DNA of 64,000 bases from a virus. Lineage: Duplodnaviria; Caudoviricetes. Within the stretch, counting starts at the first letter, position 1; each line of letters begins with the position of its first letter. The notes below the pieces were generated by a model. It had not been told where the DNA came from. It searched no databases and saw only the letters and a program-made list of their open reading frames with translations. The stretch lies in the IMG/VR virus record IMGVR_UViG_3300049794_000047. One strand, written 5' to 3'. The translations under genes and the position numbers were made by a program. Of this stretch, positions 50,461 to 60,146 are shown in pieces.

Positions 50461-50997
50461 CTACGCTGTGGCAACTTCGACGATCGCCTTGTCACGACGC
50501 TTGTTACGAGACAGTCTCCTCTGTGCGTGAATGCCCTCCATTGCCGCGATGAATGGCACACCTCCCTCGGTAGTGCCGATGTAAGTTACTACTATCTGCA
50601 CGGACTGCCCAGGCTCGATGGCGCGGAACGTGAGAAAACGGTCAAGCACCTCCGGCCCCGTGGCGAACATGTCGCCCGGGATGTCTCCGCTTTGCTCAAA
50701 GATCGATTTGCCAGCAAGCTTGATGTCATTTACAAGCCAGTCAGCAGCTCCGCCATTCGTGCCGGCATTCGAGATGCAGATACGCTGGGGCTTGAAAGCG
50801 TGATCTACCCGTCCCGTGATCTCCGCGCTCTCATTACGTGACACTTTCACACTGGTACTCATCGGCAGAATCACGTGCTCACTCCAACGGCGGGCACGCG
50901 CCGGGCCGTTGATCATGCGAAGTTCTCGCCAGATCGCGGCAAGGCCGATCATGATTGCGACCGTGAGGGTCATCAGAAGCGCTGCTGAGTTTTCCAT
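50461..50997 (-). CDS. membrane-anchored paralog of 1162..1674
   Basis: N-terminal hydrophobic helix plus shared GGAADW/GDMFAT domain; AAGGAAA RBS. Confidence 0.75.
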   Translation of the reverse strand: MENSAALLMTLTVAIMIGLAAIWRELRMINGPARARRWSEHVILPMSTSVKVSRNESAEITGRVDHAFKPQRICISNAGTNGGAADWLVNDIKLAGKSIFEQSGDIPGDMFATGPEVLDRFLTFRAIEPGQSVQIVVTYIGTTEGGVPFIAAMEGIHAQRRLSRNKRRDKAIVEVATA

Positions 50998-51076
50998 TTT
51001 AACTGTTTCCTTTCATGGACCTGAGCTTACCGCTTCACGGGACAAAATTGAAGCTTCTCCATCGTTTTGTCCCGGC

Positions 51077-51406
51077 CTACTTGACGACGCGGAGCACCGT
51101 CTCGCGTGGCCTATCCTCGACGACGGTCTCCTCGTCGGCAAAGTCGTCCGGCGGTCTCCCACAGTGTGGGCACGTCCGTGGCGAGAGCAGCGCGCCCGCG
51201 AGCAGGTCGTCGATCGACACGTCGGTCAACCGCGCGACGCCGTAGGCGAGCCTGGCCGTGACGTCTCGCCCGCCGCGGAGCACCTTGCCGATGGTGTCGG
51301 CCTTGACCCCAAGCGCGTCGGCGAGGGGCTGCCAGCCTCCGACACGGTACCGCAGGAAGCGGATCGCGATGCGCACGTGCCGCTGCTCTTTGTCGGTGAG
51401 CCTCAC
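51077..51406 (-). CDS. XRE-like HTH protein with CPHCG tail, coupled to the transposase
   Basis: WQPLADALGVKADTIGKVL...VSIDDLL; GTG overlaps the transposase stop. Confidence 0.8.
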   Translation of the reverse strand: MRLTDKEQRHVRIAIRFLRYRVGGWQPLADALGVKADTIGKVLRGGRDVTARLAYGVARLTDVSIDDLLAGALLSPRTCPHCGRPPDDFADEETVVEDRPRETVLRVVK

Positions 51407-52722
51407 GGCATCACCAGCTGCGAGAACTCGGCCTCGACCCCGAACTCCTCGATCGCATGCACGATGCAGCTCAGGTTCCACAGCAGCACCTTGGCGAGCA
51501 CCTCGTTAACCTGCGCCGCGAACAGCTTGGATCGCACGCTGCCGCCGAACTTCGCCTTCATCGCACCGAACGTCGACTCGACGTTGCTGCGCCGGTGGTA
51601 GTGCCTGAGGAACTCCTCGGCCTTGAGGTCGAAGTAGGCCCACATCTTCCGCCAGTGCTCGTTCGGATGGTCCATCTCGCGGCTGTTGCTCTTGAACGGC
51701 ACGAAGGGCAGCGCGCCGACCGCGGCGATCGCATCGAGATTGGGCGCTGCCAGGTACGCCTTGTCGGCGCTGACCTCCCGCATCTGGAAACGCTGGGCCG
51801 TCGCGTTGACGAGATCCTTGAACTGGAGCGAGTCGCCAGATCCGGTGCCCGTGCCGATCGTGACGCGCGCGGCGGTCACGACGTTCGTGAGCGTCCCGGT
51901 CGCGGCGTGCAGCTTCACCCAGTCGTGGATGAATCGCTGCTCCTTGTGCTTCTGATCGTGCCAGCGCTCGACGACGACCTCCCCCTCGTCCCTCAGGCGC
52001 CGCACGGTCGTCTTGAACCCGGTCGCGTCCACGGCGAACTGGCCCGCCCTGTTCTCGACCTGCGCCTGCGGGCCCGCCGCCTCCTCGATCATCCACGTCA
52101 GGATCGGCGTCATCGCCGGGCTCTCCATCGCGCGGAACAGCGTGTTCGCGTCCCACGCCCGCGAGAGGTACCCCCGCTCGACGCACGCAGCGATATCCGA
52201 CTCGGCGCGGCGGCCGGAGCAGCCCGAGTACACCTTCATCACGAGGCCGAAGATCGCCTCACGGTCAGGGATCGGCCTGCGCCCCGGCGCGCAGGGGTCG
52301 CGTTCTGCGTCGGGGACGGCGAGGCACAGTGAGTGGAGGAACTGTGGGACGCGCCTGCGCTCGGTGGTCTGCGCCCGGTTGTACGCGGGCCAGTTCTGTT
52401 TCGACTGCTGCTTCTTCTTGGGGAGCGTGATCTCGCCCGTCTCGACGTTCATGGCGCCCTCCCACGAGAGCCAGAACAGGCACGCCTCGTAGTGCTTGCA
52501 GGGTCTGCGGCGCAGCTCGTAATCCGGGCACGTGCAGGTCTGCTCGACGAGATCGACGAGGTACGTCGGGACGTTGGAGTTAGCCGACTGCGCTGGCACG
52601 ACGTAGCGTCCGCCGAGCGGGCGGATACCGCCGCGCTGGGCGATCTGTCGGCCGCGCTCCTCGCGCGTGGTGGGGAGGGGCTTGAACTCGGTCGGGGCTG
52701 CGGGGGTCTCGGCGGTTGCCAT
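51403..52722 (-). CDS. DDE transposase (IS4/IS5-like) with N-terminal SWIM zinc finger
   Basis: CTCPDY...CKH; VDATG, WVKLH, SADKAY, YHRRSNVESTF. Confidence 0.9.
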   Translation of the reverse strand: MATAETPAAPTEFKPLPTTREERGRQIAQRGGIRPLGGRYVVPAQSANSNVPTYLVDLVEQTCTCPDYELRRRPCKHYEACLFWLSWEGAMNVETGEITLPKKKQQSKQNWPAYNRAQTTERRRVPQFLHSLCLAVPDAERDPCAPGRRPIPDREAIFGLVMKVYSGCSGRRAESDIAACVERGYLSRAWDANTLFRAMESPAMTPILTWMIEEAAGPQAQVENRAGQFAVDATGFKTTVRRLRDEGEVVVERWHDQKHKEQRFIHDWVKLHAATGTLTNVVTAARVTIGTGTGSGDSLQFKDLVNATAQRFQMREVSADKAYLAAPNLDAIAAVGALPFVPFKSNSREMDHPNEHWRKMWAYFDLKAEEFLRHYHRRSNVESTFGAMKAKFGGSVRSKLFAAQVNEVLAKVLLWNLSCIVHAIEEFGVEAEFSQLVMP

Positions 52723-52805
52723 GGGGTTAACATCACCCTACTAAGCGGGTCTGACGATCCCCTCGGGCGACTTGACCGGGGGCTTACTATGGGGATACTA
52801 AGCGC

Positions 52806-53201
52806 ATGGTTTCCAAGCCAAAAAGAGGCAGGTCGGTCAAGCGCAAGAGGTTGCCTCAGCCCACGGAGCCGGTGACGATGGGGCCGATCGCCGAGTATCA
52901 CGAGCGAAAGATCGCGGAGGCACGCGGCGCTGCTGGGAAGAATCGCGGAGGGGCTCCGCCCGTGGCGGACGTGGATCGTGCCCCCGTCGGGAAGAACCTC
53001 GGGGGGCGTCCATTCCTGCCCGACGAGGTTCGCCGCGGCAAGCGTGTGTACGTGCTCACGACGGACTCTGAGTACGGGGAGTTGCAGGGGGCCGCGACGC
53101 ACGTCGGCATGAGCGTGTCGACGTGGATCCGGTTCGTGGCCCTGGAGCGTGCGCGCGCACTTGCCGCCGAAAAAGAGGCAGCACGAAAGCGCGACGAGTA
53201 G
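52806..53201 (+). CDS. RHH-like DNA-binding protein, divergent from the transposase
   Basis: GGRP...VYVLTTDSEYGELQGAATHVGMSVSTWIR. Confidence 0.7.
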   Translation: MVSKPKRGRSVKRKRLPQPTEPVTMGPIAEYHERKIAEARGAAGKNRGGAPPVADVDRAPVGKNLGGRPFLPDEVRRGKRVYVLTTDSEYGELQGAATHVGMSVSTWIRFVALERARALAAEKEAARKRDE

Positions 53202-53318
53202 TGGTAGACTCGTGTTCGTCATCGAGGCAGGTTCCTTTGCAGGGGTTGCTGAGATGGCGGGCCGACCCGAGTTACAGCTCGGTTGGCCAACCTATGCGTG
53301 CCTTCTGTCGGGTGTGAG

Positions 53319-53747
53319 CTAGAGCGTTGGCACCTCCTTCCTGACCTGGTACCGGGCGCCCTCGACGCGCTCGACGTAGCCCTGGCGCTTCGCCGCGGCG
53401 AGCCAACGCGACACGGTCCTGGGATCTGACTCAAGACGGCGGGCGAGTTCGCGCGGCGGCAGGGGCTCCCCCGCCTGCTGCATCACCCTGAGCAGCCTGT
53501 GGGTGTGCTCGCGACCCGCGAGCCGTGTCTCGTGCGAGACGGGCCTGGCGCGCGACAGATCCTTGATCCGACGATCGAGGTCGGCCAGCTCCAGCTCGTG
53601 AGCGCGCACGATTGTCTCGCGGAGCCGACGGAGTAGTTCGAGGTTCGACATCTGCACCATGGCGGGATGTCTCTCTCGTAGCCTGATCGAGAGAACTACG
53701 TCGAAGGGTCTGTGACCGGACCAAAAAGACGTTTTGTCCCGAGCCAA
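53319..53747 (-). CDS. winged-helix DNA-binding protein (start probably about 53661)
   Basis: LPPRELARRLESDPRTVSRWLAAAKRQGYVERV. Confidence 0.7.
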   Translation of the reverse strand: MARDKTSFWSGHRPFDVVLSIRLRERHPAMVQMSNLELLRRLRETIVRAHELELADLDRRIKDLSRARPVSHETRLAGREHTHRLLRVMQQAGEPLPPRELARRLESDPRTVSRWLAAAKRQGYVERVEGARYQVRKEVPTL

Positions 53748-53774
53748 GACCTCTTGACGCCCTGTGCTGCTCGG

Positions 53775-54476
53775 TCACCGCTCGTCGCGCTGTCGCTTGA
53801 GCCAGCGCAGGCGATGCTTCTTGATGACGTTCTCCCTGAAGTGCGCGACGAAGGTCTCGCGGCCGGTGATGAAGCCCGCATCGACGAGGCTCTGCGTGAC
53901 CTGCTCGTCGGAGCGACCGAACCGCTGCTGCTCGGCGGCGAGGTAGTCGTGCGCGACGGAGGGCGCGCGTCCACCGTCGTGGCGGCGACGGTGGATCAGT
54001 TGATACTCGTAGACCGCCACGTGCACGTTCAGCGCCTCGGCACAGTCCAGGAGCAGGCCGCCCTGGCGATGCCAGTGCGCTGGCAGTGGATCGAGCTGCT
54101 CGTCGAGGGTGTCGACGAGCGCGAGGTCGACGTGCTCCGACGCGAACTTCGCGCGCAGTCGCCTGACGACCTCCGACCGCCCGTGTCGCGCGAGTTCCCT
54201 CGGATCGGTCCAGGTCCCCCGCTCAAGGCGTCGGGCGAGGCGGAAGACGTCCAGCGCCTCGCTCTCCAGCGCGTCCACGAGCTTGAGCACCTGCAGCCGG
54301 ATCTTCTTGCTCTCCAGCTTGGCCAGTTCCAGGAACATGCGGAGGGCGTCGCTCCACGTCCTGGACGGCAGGGGTTCGGCGGGTTCCAGCACCGGGGGCT
54401 CGACGCGCCGTGTTGACGAGTTGCCTCGACTTCGCTGGAGGGCCTTGCCCCGCGTTTTCTTGCGCTTCCCTGCCAC
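53775..54476 (-). CDS. hypothetical protein
   Basis: 233 aa, GC3-rich. Confidence 0.6.
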   Translation of the reverse strand: MAGKRKKTRGKALQRSRGNSSTRRVEPPVLEPAEPLPSRTWSDALRMFLELAKLESKKIRLQVLKLVDALESEALDVFRLARRLERGTWTDPRELARHGRSEVVRRLRAKFASEHVDLALVDTLDEQLDPLPAHWHRQGGLLLDCAEALNVHVAVYEYQLIHRRRHDGGRAPSVAHDYLAAEQQRFGRSDEQVTQSLVDAGFITGRETFVAHFRENVIKKHRLRWLKRQRDER

Positions 54477-55467
54477 CCGGCGCGATCATCCGGCGGACAG
54501 ATCCCGGGACCAAGAAAACGCCCCGGGGGCGCCTCACGAACGAACCGGGTGCCCGGGGCGATCCCTGATCTAGGGGCAGCCCCACCTGAATTGGGGGCAG
54601 TCGCTGGAGTGACTGCACAGACGCGGGACGCTAGGGCGCCAGTCAGGGGGCAAGGTCACACGATCGAGAGGCACGCAGGCGTTCTGAGGCAACGCCACGC
54701 GACTGCATTGAGGTTGTGGTTCGGCTTTGGAGATTTTTCGCTCCTTGCCGCGAATTCTTATTCAGGCTCATCCCAAAAATATTCAGTCAGCACACCTTGG
54801 ACGAAGTGCGTCCAGCGAGCAAGACGAGACAGGGTCGCGTGTCCCTGCCTTCCTGAGCTGTCACGCAGGTGTTGACAAACTGAGTCACGCAACTGAAGCG
54901 ACTCGTCGTGCACGGCAGTTTCGCAAGACATGCAGTATACCGCGAAGCGCCGCGGGTGGAGTTTGTCTCCGCCAAGTGCGGTGATGCGGAGATGGTGCTC
55001 GGCAACGTCGTCGCACCATACAGTGCCTGACGAGAGCTTGTCATCGCCCACGAGCTCTCTATCAACGATCTCGCAGAGCGCTTGATCGAGGATCTCAACT
55101 TCACAGAGATCAGGAACAGCAAAGTTGTTCAAGATCAGGGCACTACTAAAGTCCTCTCGATTCTCGATTTCTTTGTCGTCCTCGTCACGTGCGTATGCAG
55201 TCGTCGTCACGCCGATGGTCACGGCGACAGCACCGTGCGCATGCTTCTCGCCGTGCTCCGAGCATGCGGCGTAGGTGGACTCCGCGCGGATCATCAGAAC
55301 CCCTTCCGGTAGGCTCTTACACCTTTTTGAGACCAGAGCAAAGCTCCTCTTCCCAGCGTACTGCGTCAAAAACGAGCAGCTGCCCAACTGCGTAACGCCC
55401 GAGGTCCGGGCGAAAGGTGGTGATCACCACCTCTCGCCCCTCCTCTCGCCCCTCGGAACCATCGGCT

Positions 55468-56796
55468 TCAGTGCCGGTCTCGGCCGCAGGTCGCCTCCCA
55501 GCACTTGCCGTCAGGGCTCTCCCAGTCATCGAACCGCATCCGCGGATCAACCTGCCGGTGGTCCCAGTAGATGTCGTTCGTGTGCACGTAGCGACGCAGC
55601 GCTTCGAGGATTCGCGCGTAGTCGGTGCGATCGTCCGCAGGAAACGCCGGGCTCGTGGTGCGGTCATCGAGCACGCGAATGGTTGCCGCGCGCAGGCGCC
55701 CCAGGTCACGAAGCGGCCAGCGCGACAGCACGATCTCGCTCTTCGGGTTCCCGCGGTTAGCGTCCAGGATCGCCTGCAGCGCGGGGCCCTGCTGCCGGAG
55801 GTTCTCTCCATACGAGGACGCCACGTGGGCCTGCGCGACAGCCTGGAACAGCGCCTGCTGCCGAGCATCCAGCGAATCCCACACCGACTTGCTGACGATC
55901 ATCCAGGTGATCAGGAACTGCTGCTGCCACCCCGGCGTGTGCACAAAGCGCAACCCCGCTGTACCAACATTGCCGGAGCTGCTGAACAACTGCGAGAGGT
56001 CATCGAGCGGCGTGGCGAACTCGAGTCCCTGGATCGTGCCGGCGAGTACGGCCTGCAGCAGAGAGCCCCCACCCGGAACGGCCTGGATAAATGAGATGTT
56101 CTTCGCTGGGATGCGCCCATCGTCGACAAGATCATCACACGCCCGGTTAAGCACGTCTTCGCCGGGGGGCAGATAGCGCAGCGTCCAGTGTTGCTGGCAC
56201 AGACCAGACAGGCCGATGCCCCGGTGACCGTGCACGTCGTCCAGGGGCTCACGGAAGTAGCCCGAGAGTTGTTCCGGACTGCCCACAATGGGCAGGGCCA
56301 CGATGCCCCGGCCGCGGGCGGCGAGGATTTCCTGGACGAGCTCGAAACCGGTCTGGCCACCGTCGATGGACTTTCCGTACAGAAACCCCAGGAACTCGTC
56401 GAAGGACGGCCCGAGCGGAACGCCGGAGTTGTAGAGGAACCCCCACGTCTTGTTGAGATCACCACCCGAGATGTACGCGGCGTCGAAGCCACCCCCCGCC
56501 TGACCCGCCGCCACGGCCGCGACGATGTCCGCGAACTGCGCGGGGATCGCCGGTAGACCCGGGATCTGGATCAGGTGGACCTCCCCCGTGGGGCCCAGCG
56601 CCGTGTTCGTCACCGCCTGGAGCCTCGTAGCGAACGCCTGGGCCGGTGGACCGATGGCCGCCGACGCGCTGAAACTGCGGTACAGGATCTCACGGGCGCT
56701 TGCCCGACCCGACGTCATCGTGGCGATTACCAGCGCCGCAAAGCCGACCAGGATGATCCGGGCACTCCGGCTGTTCACATGTTTGATATCACTCAC
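55468..56796 (-). CDS. TRAP transporter substrate-binding protein (DctP/TakP-like)
   Basis: GAGGAG RBS, signal peptide, SGYFREPL, LEFATPLDD, HTPGWQQ. Confidence 0.75.
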   Translation of the reverse strand: MSDIKHVNSRSARIILVGFAALVIATMTSGRASAREILYRSFSASAAIGPPAQAFATRLQAVTNTALGPTGEVHLIQIPGLPAIPAQFADIVAAVAAGQAGGGFDAAYISGGDLNKTWGFLYNSGVPLGPSFDEFLGFLYGKSIDGGQTGFELVQEILAARGRGIVALPIVGSPEQLSGYFREPLDDVHGHRGIGLSGLCQQHWTLRYLPPGEDVLNRACDDLVDDGRIPAKNISFIQAVPGGGSLLQAVLAGTIQGLEFATPLDDLSQLFSSSGNVGTAGLRFVHTPGWQQQFLITWMIVSKSVWDSLDARQQALFQAVAQAHVASSYGENLRQQGPALQAILDANRGNPKSEIVLSRWPLRDLGRLRAATIRVLDDRTTSPAFPADDRTDYARILEALRRYVHTNDIYWDHRQVDPRMRFDDWESPDGKCWEATCGRDRH

Positions 56797-56943
56797 TCTG
56801 TTGTCTCCTCGTTTGTTCTTGGTCAAGCACCGGGCGGCCAGCGATCTCATGCTACCGGACGCTCGGGGGGAAAGGTGGGCAAGGCATGCAGATCGGAGTG
56901 TGTTTCCCAACGTCCTCGATCACGTTTTCTTACGGCCAAAGTA

Positions 56944-56971
56944 CACGCACGCACGCACGCACGCACGCACG
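56944..56971. repeat. (GCAC)n microsatellite
   Basis: about 6-7 copies upstream of the TRAP SBP gene. Confidence 0.9.
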
Positions 56972-57143
56972 ATGCGCGTGCAAGGAGGCGCACAGCGCGT
57001 AACAGTAGAGACCTTCGCCGCGCGTTGCGCTCTGCTCAAGCTCCGCCACAATTCTGCCGCGCGCGCTGGTGAGGCGTCAACATTTTGGCTGCACCCGAGA
57101 CCGTGCTCGGGCATGACATGAACGTATGTGACCTCAGAAGCGA

Positions 57144-57416
57144 TCACCTGAACACACCTGACGCGCGGATTCGCCTGAGGTTCGCGATAAACAAGTTGCG
57201 CACACACTCCATCGCACCGGCTTCAACCGCAAGCGCTCGTTTGGATTTGGCAATGTCGTAATGCCAAAACGAAGCCTTTGGGGGCGTCTGGAACCACTTG
57301 CGCGACACGCCGATCCTGTCCGCCATCGCGTGCAGTTCTTCGGGGGTGTCCGCAATCATGTGACACATGATCATGCGACCGTAGCCGTAGAGCGACGCGT
57401 CAACGTAGACCGCCAC
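57144..57416 (-). CDS. DUF4031-family protein
   Basis: MAVYVD...MCHMIADTPEELHAMADRIG...WFQ...HYD. Confidence 0.85.
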   Translation of the reverse strand: MAVYVDASLYGYGRMIMCHMIADTPEELHAMADRIGVSRKWFQTPPKASFWHYDIAKSKRALAVEAGAMECVRNLFIANLRRIRASGVFR

Positions 57417-58294
57417 GGCGCAGTTCTCCTCGATCTTGAGTCAAGTCAGGTCCCCTAACGACAGCACGCGTCACGGTCAGTGCTTCCCGTTCTTGCTATC
57501 ATCCGCGATCCCTCGCAGGGCTTGGAGCAGCTCACGCTGCCGCTGAATTTGGGATCTGAACGTTATCTCGCACAGCACGCACAGGCATAGGGGCTGCGGA
57601 TGCTCCCCCCGCAGTCCTTGGGCTGCTGATCCGGCGGGCCGGTGTAGTAGAGGCGCGTCATCGGTGCCTAGATTTTTCGGCAATGCGTCCGGCGATCTTG
57701 GCGCGAGACTGATCCGCGAGCGGTCCTGCCTCGTTGTCAACTGAGGTGCTGCTGTCGACGAGCGAATACAGGATGAACCCCTCGTGATCCTTATCGTCAT
57801 CTCTCAGCTGTAGACCGTATAAGGCCAGGGTCGTGTTGACCTTGTCGACAACATCATTCGGAGCATCATTATAGTCGACACGCGCAACATCTAAGGTGCT
57901 GCTATCTAGCGTATTGCTCATTCGTTAGCTCTTTGGTTGAATGTCAACCGAACAGTCCCAGATCAGGTCCCCGATGTACCGCAGCGGCTGCCGACGCAAC
58001 TGCTTGCGACCGTCGCGCTTCACGCGCCATCTCCAGGCAGCTCCAGCGCCCGCTCCGGGTGGAGCGCCAGGACGCGGACCACGCGATCGATGAACTCCTT
58101 CGCCGACTCCCCCTCGCGGGTCGCGAGTTGCATCATGACCTGGAAGCGCGAGGGGTGCTCGCGCCCGGTGGCTGCCACGGCAGCGTTGAAGTCGGCGAAG
58201 TCTTGCGACTCTTGACTGCGCAGAACCTTGGCCAACTCGGAGCGCTGCTCATCGGTCATGGACGCGATTCGCGAGCGGTCAGCTTCGAGGTCGG

Positions 58295-59056
58295 TCACGA
58301 CTTCGCTCCAAGCAGACGGTCGAGCCACGCACACGCGGCCTCCACGTCTGCCATGGCCGTACCATCACGCCAATCATGCCCTCCGTTGTCGAGATGGAGG
58401 CATATGCATTGCAGACCTCGCAACTCCTCCACGCTGAGTGCCGCAGAAATGAGGCGACGCTTCGGAGCGGTCGCGTACGCCTTGTTCAGGAAGTGAGCAA
58501 AGTGTGTCTCAGCCCCGGGATCAACCGGCAAGGAATCGGCGAGCCTCGCAACCTGTGCCCGGTGAGACTCGACCGCCGGCGTTGCCAGCTGCTCCGCTAC
58601 TCGTTCGGCGATTTCATCTGCCACGTCGAATCGGCGCAACACCTTGGCATCTGGACGCTCGAGAACATCGCTTGCGATCTGCAGCACCACCTCATGCACC
58701 CGCTTCTTATTGGAGCGTTGCGTGGCAGCGTGGTGGCGGATCTCGGTAACCACTTGGAGCACGCGCGGGTCACCGTGGAACATCTCAACGAGAGACTCGC
58801 TGTAGTGGAGTGACCTCGTTTCGCGGTCGGACATGTCGATCCGCGCACAACGCCACGAGGTGCTGCCACGGCCGACTGATCCGATCAGCCAGTCGACCGC
58901 ACCGCAGTACCGGCATGGGTGCGTTGGCTTGCTGTCAGCATAACGCCTCTCGAGTTCGCAGAGCTCCTCGTCGGTCAAAAGACTCACGGCTTCTCCTTCA
59001 GCGCTGCCGGAACCTTCCGCATGAAGTGTCGAGAGCGAGAACGACCTCCGTTGCAT
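58295..59056 (-). CDS. hypothetical protein (start probably GTG about 58988)
   Basis: CRYCG motif; GGAG RBS. Confidence 0.55.
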   Translation of the reverse strand: MQRRSFSLSTLHAEGSGSAEGEAVSLLTDEELCELERRYADSKPTHPCRYCGAVDWLIGSVGRGSTSWRCARIDMSDRETRSLHYSESLVEMFHGDPRVLQVVTEIRHHAATQRSNKKRVHEVVLQIASDVLERPDAKVLRRFDVADEIAERVAEQLATPAVESHRAQVARLADSLPVDPGAETHFAHFLNKAYATAPKRRLISAALSVEELRGLQCICLHLDNGGHDWRDGTAMADVEAACAWLDRLLGAKS

Positions 59057-59199
59057 CCTTCCGATACAACATCACGGCATAGAGCAAGGTCAATTCGGCG
59101 AGGTCCGAATCGGACAACTCCAACGGAAGTGTTGCGAAGCTGCGGCGGAAGGGACGTCTTACCATAGAAGTGCCACACACGGTTGATGATCACGATCGA

Positions 59200-59382
59200 T
59201 CAATCCCTTCCATCACCGGGCTTGGAAGAATAGAGCTTGCCGAGAGCGCGCCGAATGAGGTCGGACATCGTGAGCTCGCGCCGCTTCATCTCGGCGCGGA
59301 GCCATGCCTCCTCGGCATCGGTCACGCGTGCCCCGATGTAGTTGGCGAGATTGTCTTTGCTGTGGTGCTTGGGCTCGAACAT
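59200..59382 (-). CDS. ribbon-helix-helix (CopG-like) protein
   Basis: YIGARVTDAEEAWLRAEMKRRELTMSDLIRRAL; TTGACG upstream. Confidence 0.75.
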   Translation of the reverse strand: MFEPKHHSKDNLANYIGARVTDAEEAWLRAEMKRRELTMSDLIRRALGKLYSSKPGDGRD

Positions 59383-59722
59383 CTACGCGTGAAATGTCTA
59401 TCATCATGTCAGCGGTCACGTCAAGGTTTTTTCCAAGACCGTCGGTGCGGTGATCACGAACCGGACTGAACGAACCCGTCATCGTGACAGTTGATGCTAC
59501 CCCAGTTGATGACGAGTGCGACAGCACCACCCTCCCAAAGCCTGCGGTCATGGCGCGTGTAACTCGTGAGCAGCACCTCCAACCCCAAGTAGGTGGCGAT
59601 GTCGGGGTTCCGTCGGACACTTCCACCAGCTCCGAGTCAGACAGAACTTCAGCGCTGCTGCAGCGGGAAACGAGCTTCAGTTGCGGCGTCACGGGTTCTT
59701 GTGCTTCTTCGCGAAGGGGTTG

Positions 59723-59827
59723 TGCGGCTGGTTGCGGCTGGTTGCGGCTGGTTGCGGCTGGTTGCGGCTGGTTGCGGCTGGTTGCGGCTGGTTGCGGCTG
59801 GTTGCGGCTGGTTGCGGCTGGTTGCGG
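59723..59827. repeat. 10-bp tandem repeat (GTTGCGGCTG), about 10.5 copies
   Basis: perfect direct repeats. Confidence 0.95.
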
Positions 59828-60146
59828 TCGATGTGCTTTGGCTTGTCGATCACCGGGGACGGCGCGCTTTGGATCTCGACAGCGTCGACACCTGCATCGA
59901 TTGGAGCCACAGGCACGAACGAACTTGTCGATTCGATGGCCGTTGGCCCCGCTAGCCGCGGCGCGCAGCTGTCGTCGTCGTTATGAGGTTCCGCCAGGGT
60001 GCATCGCCCAACTATCAGATCCCCGCAACGGGGATGAAGGTATCGAAGTGACGGCGATGGCGGCCAACAGCCAGGTCGAGATCTCGGCTAGCTAGATCCG
60101 TGCTCCAAAGTTCTCCGCTGGCCATCATCGAGGTATCCTGTATTTC

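Noticed and set aside
51403-52722. Autonomous partner of the 86-bp MITE
   Set aside because: Not flanked by GGGGCTGGA-type ends; trans-mobilisation cannot be supported from the sequence
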